40,800 bases of DNA from Cytophagia bacterium (GTDB lineage Bacteria > Bacteroidota > Bacteroidia > UBA7662), in assembly GCA_009926405.1 (NCBI GenBank), contig RFOZ01000003.1, positions 1-40,800 on the forward strand, read 5' to 3'. Position numbers and translations under genes: made by a program. Numbering within the stretch: the stretch's first letter is position 1; every line of letters begins with the position of its first letter. Below, piece by piece: positions 9,556 through 17,779 of this stretch. The notes beneath the pieces were generated by a model. The model did not search any database and was not told the origin of the DNA. It saw only the letters and a program-made list of their open reading frames with translations.

Positions 9556-9574
9556 ATCCGACACCTTTTCCGCC

Positions 9575-12238
9575 TCAGGGCGCATACTCCACCAGGTTTT
9601 GCAACAAACGATACGCACCCGGTACCCCCTGGGGGCATTGACGAAACAAAGACAAGGCGCAATAAATGACCGAACCTTTTCCATAAGGACCAACCAACAG
9701 GGAGCCTTTTTGATTTTCTTCCCCACGGTCGTTCATACCCAGCAGCGGTGTCCAAGCCGAATCCCATTGTTGCGCAAAATACAGCCCTCTCTCTTGGACC
9801 CAACCATCAAAATCGCTAGCAACCAATTGATTGGGACGATTCAAAAGCGAATGTTCAGGGACCAAAAAGCGAACCTCTGCCTGCTCTTCGGTGACCCGCG
9901 AGCGACCCAATTGCAAGGGAATCGGCGTCCATTGTTTCAACAACAAATTAGACGTTGTTTGGTACTGAACCAGAAGATGACCGCCCTGATAAACGTATTC
10001 CGTCAGCAAGGGCTGAATTCTGGATAGATGCCGACATGTGTTGTAAAATCGTACACCCAACACAACACTTTGACAAGTCTTGAGCAAAGCCAACGTTGCG
10101 GTGGCCGGATCCAGCTCCACCACCCGGTAACCCATCTGAGCCAAAGCGGTCATGATCTCATCTCCTGCCCCCCGCAGATAGCCTACCACCGCTCGGGATG
10201 TTTTTTGATGCAATCGAAAGACTGTCGCCTCCACAGGGACCACCCGGGTCTGAATCGGAATATGCCCGTATTCAATTCGTACCAAAGAACCTAATTCCTG
10301 GGGAACCCAACGGCCCTGAATCGAACGATACAAAGCAGGGGTCACGGTACCCCCCTGCCCAGCATCCCGACCGCTTTTGGTCAGAACGGCATCCCAAGTG
10401 TACAATGTATCGGAGCGCGGGTTCAAAAGAACGGGAGGCTCCGAAACCAAACGCCAACCTTCAGGCCAACCGGCCAGACCCCAACGAAGGGTATCCGTCC
10501 TGTTTGGAGCCGACAGGCCTCCCTGGATACGCAGCGTTAGTCGGAATCGCAAATCACGCACCCCATCGGGAACAACCAATCGGCTGGGCTCCAAACCAAC
10601 CTGCCACCCAGGCACGACCTCCATGGGACGATACCGTTCACCCAACACGGGGTCTACCCATTTGTAGAGCAACGGTGTACGAAGTGTTATCGGAACTTTC
10701 AAATCACCGTGCGAACACAGCCACTGCGATTCAACCACCAAAACAGGAGGCGACTCGGGGCGATGGGACCCAAAATCCGGAACGGAATAATGCGCGGAAC
10801 GTGGACCTTCCGCCTTCCAAAAAGGACCTGACTTGGGCAAGTTGATGGGCAAAGGCGCTTTGAATGGATAACGATGCAGGGAGTCCTCCAAGGAATGGGC
10901 GGATTGGGCGGGGGTTCCTTCCCAGATAGCCTCTTCGGAGCCATCCGTTCGCAGGCCCAGGAGCCTCAAACGCTGGGCCTGCATTTTTAGGGAAGGATCA
11001 TGATTGCGTCGCAAAACCTGCCATTCCCAAGACAAGGAATCTCCGGGTACCACCGTCGGTTGAGCGGCCGTGGCCTCTTCCCAAACACCGCTTATTTCGG
11101 CCAAAAGACGGTTGACTTTTTCCTTGCGTTCACCAGCCAAGAGACGATCTTCGTCGGAGCGTGAGGGGTCTTGAAGAATCTTATCCAACAAAGGGCGCAG
11201 AGGCATCAAAGCAGCGAACCAAGCACCGGTGTTTTCGGTTTCAATCAAAGCATACAAGCCACGGACAGCCCCATGCCATTCTTCCCAACCCGGCGTAGCC
11301 TTTGCGTCCAAGACGGAACGCTCCAATCCTTCCAAGGGATCGGTCGTTGCAGAGTCCCCGGCCAGCCACTGAAAATATTCCAGTTCACGACCCCGTTGGC
11401 GGGCCGCCCCAAAACCCTGGCTTTGGTGCATCGAACGACTTTCTGCGGCAATTTCACCGTAGGAACGTCCCAACCTCGGGTTGTAGGTCCCTACATCAAG
11501 GCTGAGCAAACCGGTTTTGTCGTAATCCGGACGACCATAAAACCACCAGCTGGTATTCCACACCAACCGGGTTGGTTTCCAAATACTTACCCTAGCCAAT
11601 TGTTCCGGAAAACGGGTGCTGTCCCCGGCTGCAAAAAAAGCCTCCACGGCCAGTTGAGCCGAAGCGGTATGGTGTCCGTGGGTTGCAGCCGGTAAAGGAC
11701 TAAATCGCGTGACCAGGAGGCGGGGCTTAAAAAGCCTGATGACCCATACCACATCCGCGAGGACCTTTTCACGGTCCCAATGTTGCCAGGTTTCGTCCGG
11801 ATTTTTTGAGAACCCAAAATCATTGGCCCTGGTGAAAAATTGTTCAGCCCCGTCCACACGCCGGGCCGCCAACAATTCCTGGGTACGGATAATCCCCAAA
11901 TCGTATTCGGTATGGTCCCCGATTAGATTTTGCCCTCCATCCCCCCTTGTCAAAGACAGGTACCCGGTTCTCCAACGCTTTTGACGCGCCATAAAAGCCA
12001 AGAATCGGGTGTTTTCATCATCGGGATGGGCCGCGATATACAACACCGAGCCATCCACCCCCAATCCCCGAATTTCTTCGCGTATCTGATCGCGCGTCCA
12101 TCCGGGGCGATAGCCGAATCCACCCTGCGCCCATCCCCACAATGGGAGCCCTAGAATACACACTAGAAGCAACCCAATCAGGGCCCTGTGCCGACTCCAA
12201 AAATCCGGGGCCGAATCGCGCCTCAAAGACTTTGTCAA
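9575..12238 (-). CDS. Secreted PIG-L/LmbE family deacetylase with long C-terminal domains (glutamine amidotransferase-like end)
   Basis: Signal-like LIGLLLVCILGLPLWGWAQ, then AHPDDE, TRGDGGQN, DFGFSK, HGHH, SRSMHQSQGFG and C-terminal FDGWVQERGLYF. The start is uncertain (GTG 12268, TTG 12238 or TTG 12226). Confidence 0.88.
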   Translation of the reverse strand: MTKSLRRDSAPDFWSRHRALIGLLLVCILGLPLWGWAQGGFGYRPGWTRDQIREEIRGLGVDGSVLYIAAHPDDENTRFLAFMARQKRWRTGYLSLTRGDGGQNLIGDHTEYDLGIIRTQELLAARRVDGAEQFFTRANDFGFSKNPDETWQHWDREKVLADVVWVIRLFKPRLLVTRFSPLPAATHGHHTASAQLAVEAFFAAGDSTRFPEQLARVSIWKPTRLVWNTSWWFYGRPDYDKTGLLSLDVGTYNPRLGRSYGEIAAESRSMHQSQGFGAARQRGRELEYFQWLAGDSATTDPLEGLERSVLDAKATPGWEEWHGAVRGLYALIETENTGAWFAALMPLRPLLDKILQDPSRSDEDRLLAGERKEKVNRLLAEISGVWEEATAAQPTVVPGDSLSWEWQVLRRNHDPSLKMQAQRLRLLGLRTDGSEEAIWEGTPAQSAHSLEDSLHRYPFKAPLPINLPKSGPFWKAEGPRSAHYSVPDFGSHRPESPPVLVVESQWLCSHGDLKVPITLRTPLLYKWVDPVLGERYRPMEVVPGWQVGLEPSRLVVPDGVRDLRFRLTLRIQGGLSAPNRTDTLRWGLAGWPEGWRLVSEPPVLLNPRSDTLYTWDAVLTKSGRDAGQGGTVTPALYRSIQGRWVPQELGSLVRIEYGHIPIQTRVVPVEATVFRLHQKTSRAVVGYLRGAGDEIMTALAQMGYRVVELDPATATLALLKTCQSVVLGVRFYNTCRHLSRIQPLLTEYVYQGGHLLVQYQTTSNLLLKQWTPIPLQLGRSRVTEEQAEVRFLVPEHSLLNRPNQLVASDFDGWVQERGLYFAQQWDSAWTPLLGMNDRGEENQKGSLLVGPYGKGSVIYCALSLFRQCPQGVPGAYRLLQNLVEYAP

Positions 12239-12248
12239 ATGCTTTTGA

Positions 12249-13166
12249 TTACTTGCGCTTCTTTCCACCAGCAGGCGTCTGAGGACCAGCCGCTTCGCTC
12301 CAAGCTTTCATGTTCTTGGCTATATCGGCGGCATAACCCTGGTACCAATCCGAATTCTCAGCTTCGCCCTTGATCCTGGCCTGTTCAGCCTGCTCTGCAG
12401 CCAGTCGGAATTCAGCCCTAGCGGCATGTACCCTGGCCAAAATCCATCGGGGATAAAAATGTTCTCCGTTCAGACGTACCGACTTCTGGGCCAATTCGAG
12501 AGCATAGGCCGGATCGTTGCCATTTTCCAAAACAAAGGCCGCTGCATTGGCACAGGGGTACCAATCTCCCGGACGATCCACCATGAACTTGCGGATATTG
12601 GCCATGCCCAAGCTCTTGGCATCGGCTTGGATGGGAAGTGTCCAAGTCAATTGCCCCCAATGCATACGCAATTGGGCCGATGACATACCGACGTATTCCA
12701 AGTTGTATTGCAAGCGCTCGGCAAAGGACGGAGCTTGCGTTGTTGCAACTTCGGTGCGGAGGATATCAAGACTCTCTTTGAAATTGGTTGATCCCCATTG
12801 GCCTTCGTTGCTGTTGAGCGCCAAAATCCAAGGTTTGTCTGCCCGTGGAATCAGATACAAGGCATACTTACCGGCCTTGAGGGTTTGTCCCCCCACCTGA
12901 ACCTCGGTGCTAAAGGAAATCCAGGTTGCCGAATTGGCTCCGCTTCTCCAAATCTCATTGTAGGGCACCAAGGCGCCCCACAAGGCACGCCCATTTACAC
13001 CGGGCGATCCGTAATCCACTTCGATATCCGTTACTCCCATCGTGAGACGGGCACCGCAACGGGGGGAAGGCTGGGGCAAAGCCAATTGGGCGGAAGCTGG
13101 CAAAATCATGGCCTGCCCAAGGGTTAGCAGGAGGAAACCAGATAAGGCGGTTAAGAATTTCTTCAT
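12249..13166 (-). CDS. DUF2911 domain exported protein with C-terminal TPR-like helices
   Basis: Signal peptide MKKFLTALSG...ASAQ, LPQPSP, VDYGSP, LWGALVPYNEIWRSGAN and GKYALY. The real start is ATG 13166. Confidence 0.85.
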   Translation of the reverse strand: MKKFLTALSGFLLLTLGQAMILPASAQLALPQPSPRCGARLTMGVTDIEVDYGSPGVNGRALWGALVPYNEIWRSGANSATWISFSTEVQVGGQTLKAGKYALYLIPRADKPWILALNSNEGQWGSTNFKESLDILRTEVATTQAPSFAERLQYNLEYVGMSSAQLRMHWGQLTWTLPIQADAKSLGMANIRKFMVDRPGDWYPCANAAAFVLENGNDPAYALELAQKSVRLNGEHFYPRWILARVHAARAEFRLAAEQAEQARIKGEAENSDWYQGYAADIAKNMKAWSEAAGPQTPAGGKKRK

Positions 13167-13180
13167 GGTTGTTTTTTTTT

Positions 13181-13188
13181 CAAAACTA
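13181..13188 (-). promoter_or_regulatory. -7 box (TAGTTTTG) for the DUF2911 gene
   Basis: Exact TAnnTTTG match 14 nt upstream of the ATG, followed by an A9 leader. Confidence 0.65.
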
Positions 13189-13232
13189 AGGCAAAGCAGG
13201 GCACCTTCGGGGTCGGTCCCCTCCCTTGCTTT

Positions 13233-13240
13233 TATTTTAG
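13233..13240 (+). promoter_or_regulatory. Probable -7 box variant (TATTTTAG) for the enoyl-CoA hydratase
   Basis: One mismatch to TAnnTTTG, 4 nt before ATG 13245 in a divergent intergenic region. Confidence 0.45.
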
Positions 13241-13244
13241 GGCC

Positions 13245-14024
13245 ATGAAAAATGAACTGGTCCTGGTGGACACCCAAATCCGACCCGGTGTCGCCCTGTT
13301 GCGCCTCAACCGGCCCAAAGAACTCAACGCCCTCAACCTCCAATTGATGGCCGAATTACGGGATGCCCTCGCCGCTCTGGACAAGGATGAGAACGTACGA
13401 GTCATGGTCTTGACAGGGAACGAAAAAGCCTTTGCCGCGGGGGCCGATATCCACCAAATGTCCGGAAAAGGAGCCATTGACATGCTGTTAATTGATCAAT
13501 TTTCCACCTGGGAACAAATTCGCCGGCTTAAGAAGCCGTTGATTGCGGCGGTTTCGGGCTTTGTTTTAGGTGGAGGTAACGAGCTGGTCATGCACTGCGA
13601 TTTGGTAATTGCCTCTGAAAGCGCCCGCTTTGGGCAACCGGAAATTCTCCTCGGTATTATGCCCGGTGCCGGCGGAACCCAACGTCTCACCCGGCAAATT
13701 GGCAAAGTGAACGCTATGGAAATGGTCTTGACCGGGCAACCTGTTTCGGCCAAGCAAGCCTTGGCATGGGGATTGGTGAACCGGGTTGTTCCCGTTGAGG
13801 TTTATTTGGACGAAGCCCTACGGTTGGCGTCGGAAATAGCCCTTCGGGCCCCTTTGGCGGTTCGACTTGCCAAAGAAGCCGTCCTCAAAGCTCAGGATAG
13901 CAACCTCAGCGAAGGTTTGGAATTTGAGCGCAAGAATTTCTACATGCTATTTGCAAGCGCAGACCAAAAGGAGGGAATGGAAGCCTTCGTAAACAAAAGG
14001 CCGCCCCAATTTACCGGATCCTAG
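13245..14024 (+). CDS. Enoyl-CoA hydratase (crotonase, PaaF-like)
   Basis: Motifs LNRPKELNAL, AFAAGADI, GGGNEL, FGQPEI, PGAGGTQRL and DQKEGMEAF, with both catalytic Glu present. Confidence 0.93.
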   Translation: MKNELVLVDTQIRPGVALLRLNRPKELNALNLQLMAELRDALAALDKDENVRVMVLTGNEKAFAAGADIHQMSGKGAIDMLLIDQFSTWEQIRRLKKPLIAAVSGFVLGGGNELVMHCDLVIASESARFGQPEILLGIMPGAGGTQRLTRQIGKVNAMEMVLTGQPVSAKQALAWGLVNRVVPVEVYLDEALRLASEIALRAPLAVRLAKEAVLKAQDSNLSEGLEFERKNFYMLFASADQKEGMEAFVNKRPPQFTGS

Positions 14025-14728
14025 GGCCGGAAGGCAACCAATCCCAAAATCAGAATGAGGAAATAGACCATCATCCAAAGGGCATAAAAACCGGCGGCTC
14101 GGTGCAAGGAGGCCCGACTTCCTGTAACACCCCCCCAGGCCATTCCTCGTAACATCAAAAAAGCAATGACCCACCATGCCAGGTAATTTTGGAGGGGAGC
14201 TACCACCAAAGACCCAACCCAACCTTGCATCGCTGGTTTCTGATCCCAGACCCAAAAACCCAACCGCGTCGCGCCGGGTTCAATCAAAAGATCCATCCCC
14301 ATCACCAAGACCCCACCCAGTAAATCCCTTAACCAGGCTTCCATTCCACCCTTTGTTTTGGACGGCAACCACCCACGTACTGCCCAAACCAGAATCACCC
14401 AATTCAAACCAATAAGCGGAGGCACCCCCTGCCATCGTGGCCCCAGCCATGGTCCATAATGATAAGCCCCAAATACCAAGCCTGTTTTCACACCCAACCA
14501 TTCCATGCTCCAACCAAAAACGTAACACAAAAAAACAACCAACCAATCCCGTGGCTGGATGGCTTCGCGATCAGACCACCAAACCCAAAGCGCACCCAAG
14601 CTTAGAACAGGAAACGTGGTCCTAACAAAAAACCAATCAAAAGGCGTAAAAGCCGTACCCAAGGCCCCGCACCCAAAAATGAGAGGCCACCACCAACGAT
14701 AACGCCACGGGCTGTTAAGCAACCTCAC
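14021..14728 (-). CDS. cruF: Carotenoid biosynthesis membrane protein, probable carotenoid 1,2-hydratase (CruF/DUF422)
   Basis: Motifs EWLGVKTGLVFGAYHYG, GVPPLIGLNW, DLLIEPGA..LGFWVW and PLQNYLAW; lies directly downstream of crtD. Confidence 0.8.
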   Translation of the reverse strand: MRLLNSPWRYRWWWPLIFGCGALGTAFTPFDWFFVRTTFPVLSLGALWVWWSDREAIQPRDWLVVFLCYVFGWSMEWLGVKTGLVFGAYHYGPWLGPRWQGVPPLIGLNWVILVWAVRGWLPSKTKGGMEAWLRDLLGGVLVMGMDLLIEPGATRLGFWVWDQKPAMQGWVGSLVVAPLQNYLAWWVIAFLMLRGMAWGGVTGSRASLHRAAGFYALWMMVYFLILILGLVAFRP

Positions 14729-14743
14729 TGCCTGCGTGCAGCC

Positions 14744-16300
14744 TTATTCCGATGAATGAGAACGATGTTTGCCTTTGGATTTATGCAAACCATCGATTAA
14801 CCAACGCGTTGCAATTTGTGCCGAATGCAAACAAATTGGAATTCCGCCTCCTGGATGCACCGATCCGCTGCAAAAATACAAACCATGTATCCGTGGGTGC
14901 TTGTTTGGGTATCGACGAAAGGCCGAAAAAATAGAATTCGAATGGGGGCCGTAAAGGGCGCCTGCGTAGCTATGGGTTGCTTTCTCGAAGGTTAGAGGCG
15001 TCATGACATTTTCATCCACAATCAAATCCTCCACATTCACGTCGAGCTCAGAAGACAAGCGGGCAAGAATTCTCTTTCGGGTGATATTGGAAATCTTTTC
15101 CCAATCCTGTTTTTGATCACAAGGCATGTTCACCATAACAAACCAGTTTTCGTGACCTTCCGGGGCATCGGTCTTATTCATTTTGGAGCTAACATAGAGG
15201 TATGCCGTGATATCTTGAGGAACCTGTTTGCTGCTCAGCGCTTCAAATTCTTTGCGGTATTTACGAGAAAAAAACAAATTGTGCAAATCCAACTGCGGAA
15301 AGGTTCCCTTGATACCCCATTGAAAAACCATGGCAGACATTCCCAAATCCTTGGTTTTCATCTTGGGTTCCAACAAATCCCGAGAAAAAAGGTATTCCTT
15401 GGCATAAGCAATATCCACGGCCGAAACCACCCGATCAAAAGAAATTCGTTCCCCATCCACTTTGACACCCATAATACGGTTTTGGAACACTTGAAAACGT
15501 TCCACCTTGGTTCCCAAGCGGACCTCCACCCCCAATTCTTCCACGAGTTTTTGCAAAGCATCCCGAATAGCGATCATCCCACCCCGCGGATAATAGGCAC
15601 CCAAGCCGTATTCCACATGGTTAATGAGCGACAAGGTTCCCGGGGCTTTGTAGGGGTCGGAACCGTTGTAGGTCGCCACCCGGGAAAACAACTGAGCCGT
15701 ACGTTCCTTGTCGAAGAAGGACCGATTAAACTGATACAAACTCTGGAAAGCCCCAACGAAAGGAAGGGCGAATAGTTTAATGAAATTTGAAAAAGTCCAA
15801 AGTTCTGAGCGGCGGTGGATTGATTTTTGCAAAAAAACAGGGGCGGTCAGGTTGTACAACCATTCGATTTTCTTGAAATACTTCCGCACCTTTTCGGGAT
15901 CTTCGTTGAATTTATCGTAGAGTTCAACCCCTAATTTTTCTTGATCTGCCCAGGCATCGACGAAATTTCCCTTCCCGTAATGGTAACGGGTTATCAACTC
16001 GAGTTTGTCGTATTGGAGGTAATCCCTCAAATCCTTGCCACAATCACGAAACAATTCCTCCAAGGTTTCCGGCAGGGTAAACAACGAGGGACCGCAATCA
16101 AAGCGAAAACCGGCGCTGTGGCGGTCGTTCAACTTACCCCCAAGGGTATTGTTGGCCTCAAAAAGAACCACCTGGCAACCCGCTGCCGCCAAACGGGCGG
16201 CCGATGCCATCCCTGCAATTCCACCCCCTACAACAGCAACGCGGGCTTGAATTTTACGATGCCGATGGGAGCTTGTGGACTTTTCGGAGATAGGGGACAT
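14744..16300 (-). CDS. crtD: 1-hydroxycarotenoid 3,4-desaturase
   Basis: Motifs GGGIAG, FDCGPSLFTLP, ATYNGSDPYKAPG, GALYG and SVHPGGGIPICLHSA (CrtD-type rather than CrtI-type). Start placed at ATG 16300. Confidence 0.82.
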   Translation of the reverse strand: MSPISEKSTSSHRHRKIQARVAVVGGGIAGMASAARLAAAGCQVVLFEANNTLGGKLNDRHSAGFRFDCGPSLFTLPETLEELFRDCGKDLRDYLQYDKLELITRYHYGKGNFVDAWADQEKLGVELYDKFNEDPEKVRKYFKKIEWLYNLTAPVFLQKSIHRRSELWTFSNFIKLFALPFVGAFQSLYQFNRSFFDKERTAQLFSRVATYNGSDPYKAPGTLSLINHVEYGLGAYYPRGGMIAIRDALQKLVEELGVEVRLGTKVERFQVFQNRIMGVKVDGERISFDRVVSAVDIAYAKEYLFSRDLLEPKMKTKDLGMSAMVFQWGIKGTFPQLDLHNLFFSRKYRKEFEALSSKQVPQDITAYLYVSSKMNKTDAPEGHENWFVMVNMPCDQKQDWEKISNITRKRILARLSSELDVNVEDLIVDENVMTPLTFEKATHSYAGALYGPHSNSIFSAFRRYPNKHPRIHGLYFCSGSVHPGGGIPICLHSAQIATRWLIDGLHKSKGKHRSHSSE

Positions 16301-16321
16301 TTTATGAAGGATTCTATTCCC

Positions 16322-16329
16322 CGAAAATA
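16322..16329 (-). promoter_or_regulatory. Possible internal -7 box variant (TATTTTCG) for crtD-cruF
   Basis: One mismatch to TAnnTTTG in the short gap upstream of crtD, 21 nt before ATG 16300. Confidence 0.4.
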
Positions 16330-16346
16330 ATGGGTATTCCGAAGGT

Positions 16347-16886
16347 TTATTGGACTTTATCGAAAAAAAACACCCAATCCAAATCCCCCTTGGGACCCGC
16401 ATTTCGAATTTGTTCCAAACGAAGGGCCGAACGAGCCCGGTCCAAAAACGCCTTATCCTCCTTGGTGTGCTCGGATAGCCCCAACCAAGAAGGAATTTCA
16501 CGTTCCATCAACCAACGCAACAAACGCCAACGAGGGTTGACCGGATCCTCCAAAACGGCTTGATTCAGATCTTCCATCGCTGCCTTGGCCCCGTTAAGTT
16601 TTTGAAATGCCCCTGTCATCTTACGGACTGCCAAACCCCGGTAGGCACCACGGTAAGCCGTTGGCACCCGGCTCGATCCCCCTGCTTTAGCCACCAAAGT
16701 AGCGAAATCCTTCTCCCCAAAGCCGGACGCTGCGCTTTCAAAATAACAAAACAACGTCCAGGCTTGCCTGTCCTGGCAACCCGGATTTACCCCTGATCGG
16801 GATGGATGTGGCGCCAAAAGGAGTAAGAAACCAATGACGCCACCAACAAAAATTAACTTAAGCGATGCTCGAGCACCGAATAGCAT
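16347..16886 (-). CDS. Exported helical (TPR-like) hypothetical protein of the carotenoid cluster
   Basis: Hydrophobic N-terminus, then AYRGA...KL...LNQAVLEDPVNPRWRLLR...IPSWLG...EDKAFL. Overlaps the crtB 3' end by 34 bp and is co-oriented. Confidence 0.7.
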   Translation of the reverse strand: MLFGARASLKLIFVGGVIGFLLLLAPHPSRSGVNPGCQDRQAWTLFCYFESAASGFGEKDFATLVAKAGGSSRVPTAYRGAYRGLAVRKMTGAFQKLNGAKAAMEDLNQAVLEDPVNPRWRLLRWLMEREIPSWLGLSEHTKEDKAFLDRARSALRLEQIRNAGPKGDLDWVFFFDKVQ

Positions 16887-17686
16887 AGGAGGGCTGCTTT
16901 CTCGGCATTGGATATCCGAATTCTCTCTTGTAAAATTTGTTCGGAACTGGATCGCTGTATTTTTCGAAAAAGGTTGCGGTAAAAACGATAGGCCGTGAGA
17001 ACGCCAATGCGGGCGCCTTTGGGTAAACGACGGATGGCATCGTAAGCGCAGCGAAAATCCTCTTCAATGTCCTCTTCGATTTCACGTTTGGACCGTTCAT
17101 CCAATTGGAGTCCCAGGTTTAGATTCGGAAAATACGTTCTTCCGCGATTTTGGTAATCATCCTTGAGATCACGGAGGAAATTAACTTTTTGGAAGGCAGC
17201 GCCCAAAGCCCGGGCCCCCTCTTTGAGCTCATCGTAAAGGCCTGGTTTTTCGGCACAAAAAACCCGCAAACACATCAAACCCACCACCTCGGCCGAACCG
17301 TAAATATAGGTTTGGTACGATTCCTTGGCATAGGTGACTTGGTCGAGGTCCATGGCCATGCTGTCCAAAAAGGCATCAATTAGATCCCGCTCGATACCAA
17401 ACCGGCTCACCGTTTGAACAAAACAATCCAAAACAGGGTTGAGGCTGATTCCTCTTTCGAGGGCCAAATAAGTATCCCGTCGGAATTCCTCCAAAAGGGT
17501 TGATTTATCGTATTCGTGGAAGGTATCCACGATTTCATCGGCATACCGGACAAAGCCATAGATAGAATAAATCGGAGCCCTAAAGGAGGGCTGAAAAGCC
17601 AAGATACCCAGCGAAAAAGAAGTGCTGTATTGACGGGTAATCAGCCTTGAGATAGCGAAATTCGTTTCGCGGTACAATTCCATCAT
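16853..17686 (-). CDS. crtB: Phytoene synthase
   Basis: Motifs YSTSFSLG, YGFVRYADEIVD, FLDSMAMDL, YIYGSAEVVGLMCL and FQKVNFLRDLKDD. Confidence 0.95.
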   Translation of the reverse strand: MMELYRETNFAISRLITRQYSTSFSLGILAFQPSFRAPIYSIYGFVRYADEIVDTFHEYDKSTLLEEFRRDTYLALERGISLNPVLDCFVQTVSRFGIERDLIDAFLDSMAMDLDQVTYAKESYQTYIYGSAEVVGLMCLRVFCAEKPGLYDELKEGARALGAAFQKVNFLRDLKDDYQNRGRTYFPNLNLGLQLDERSKREIEEDIEEDFRCAYDAIRRLPKGARIGVLTAYRFYRNLFRKIQRSSSEQILQERIRISNAEKAALLCYSVLEHRLS

Positions 17687-17779
17687 AACGGTAATTTGTT
17701 TGTAAGCTAGGGCATTTCGGGGCTCTTGCGTCGTTTTGGTTTATTTTCGTAAAACAACTGAAAGGACCGATGGTTTGGG

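Noticed and set aside
13172-13180. T9 run (A9 on the sense strand) before the DUF2911 gene
   Set aside because: It fits the ordinary A-rich translation leader of Bacteroidota and has no preceding hairpin.
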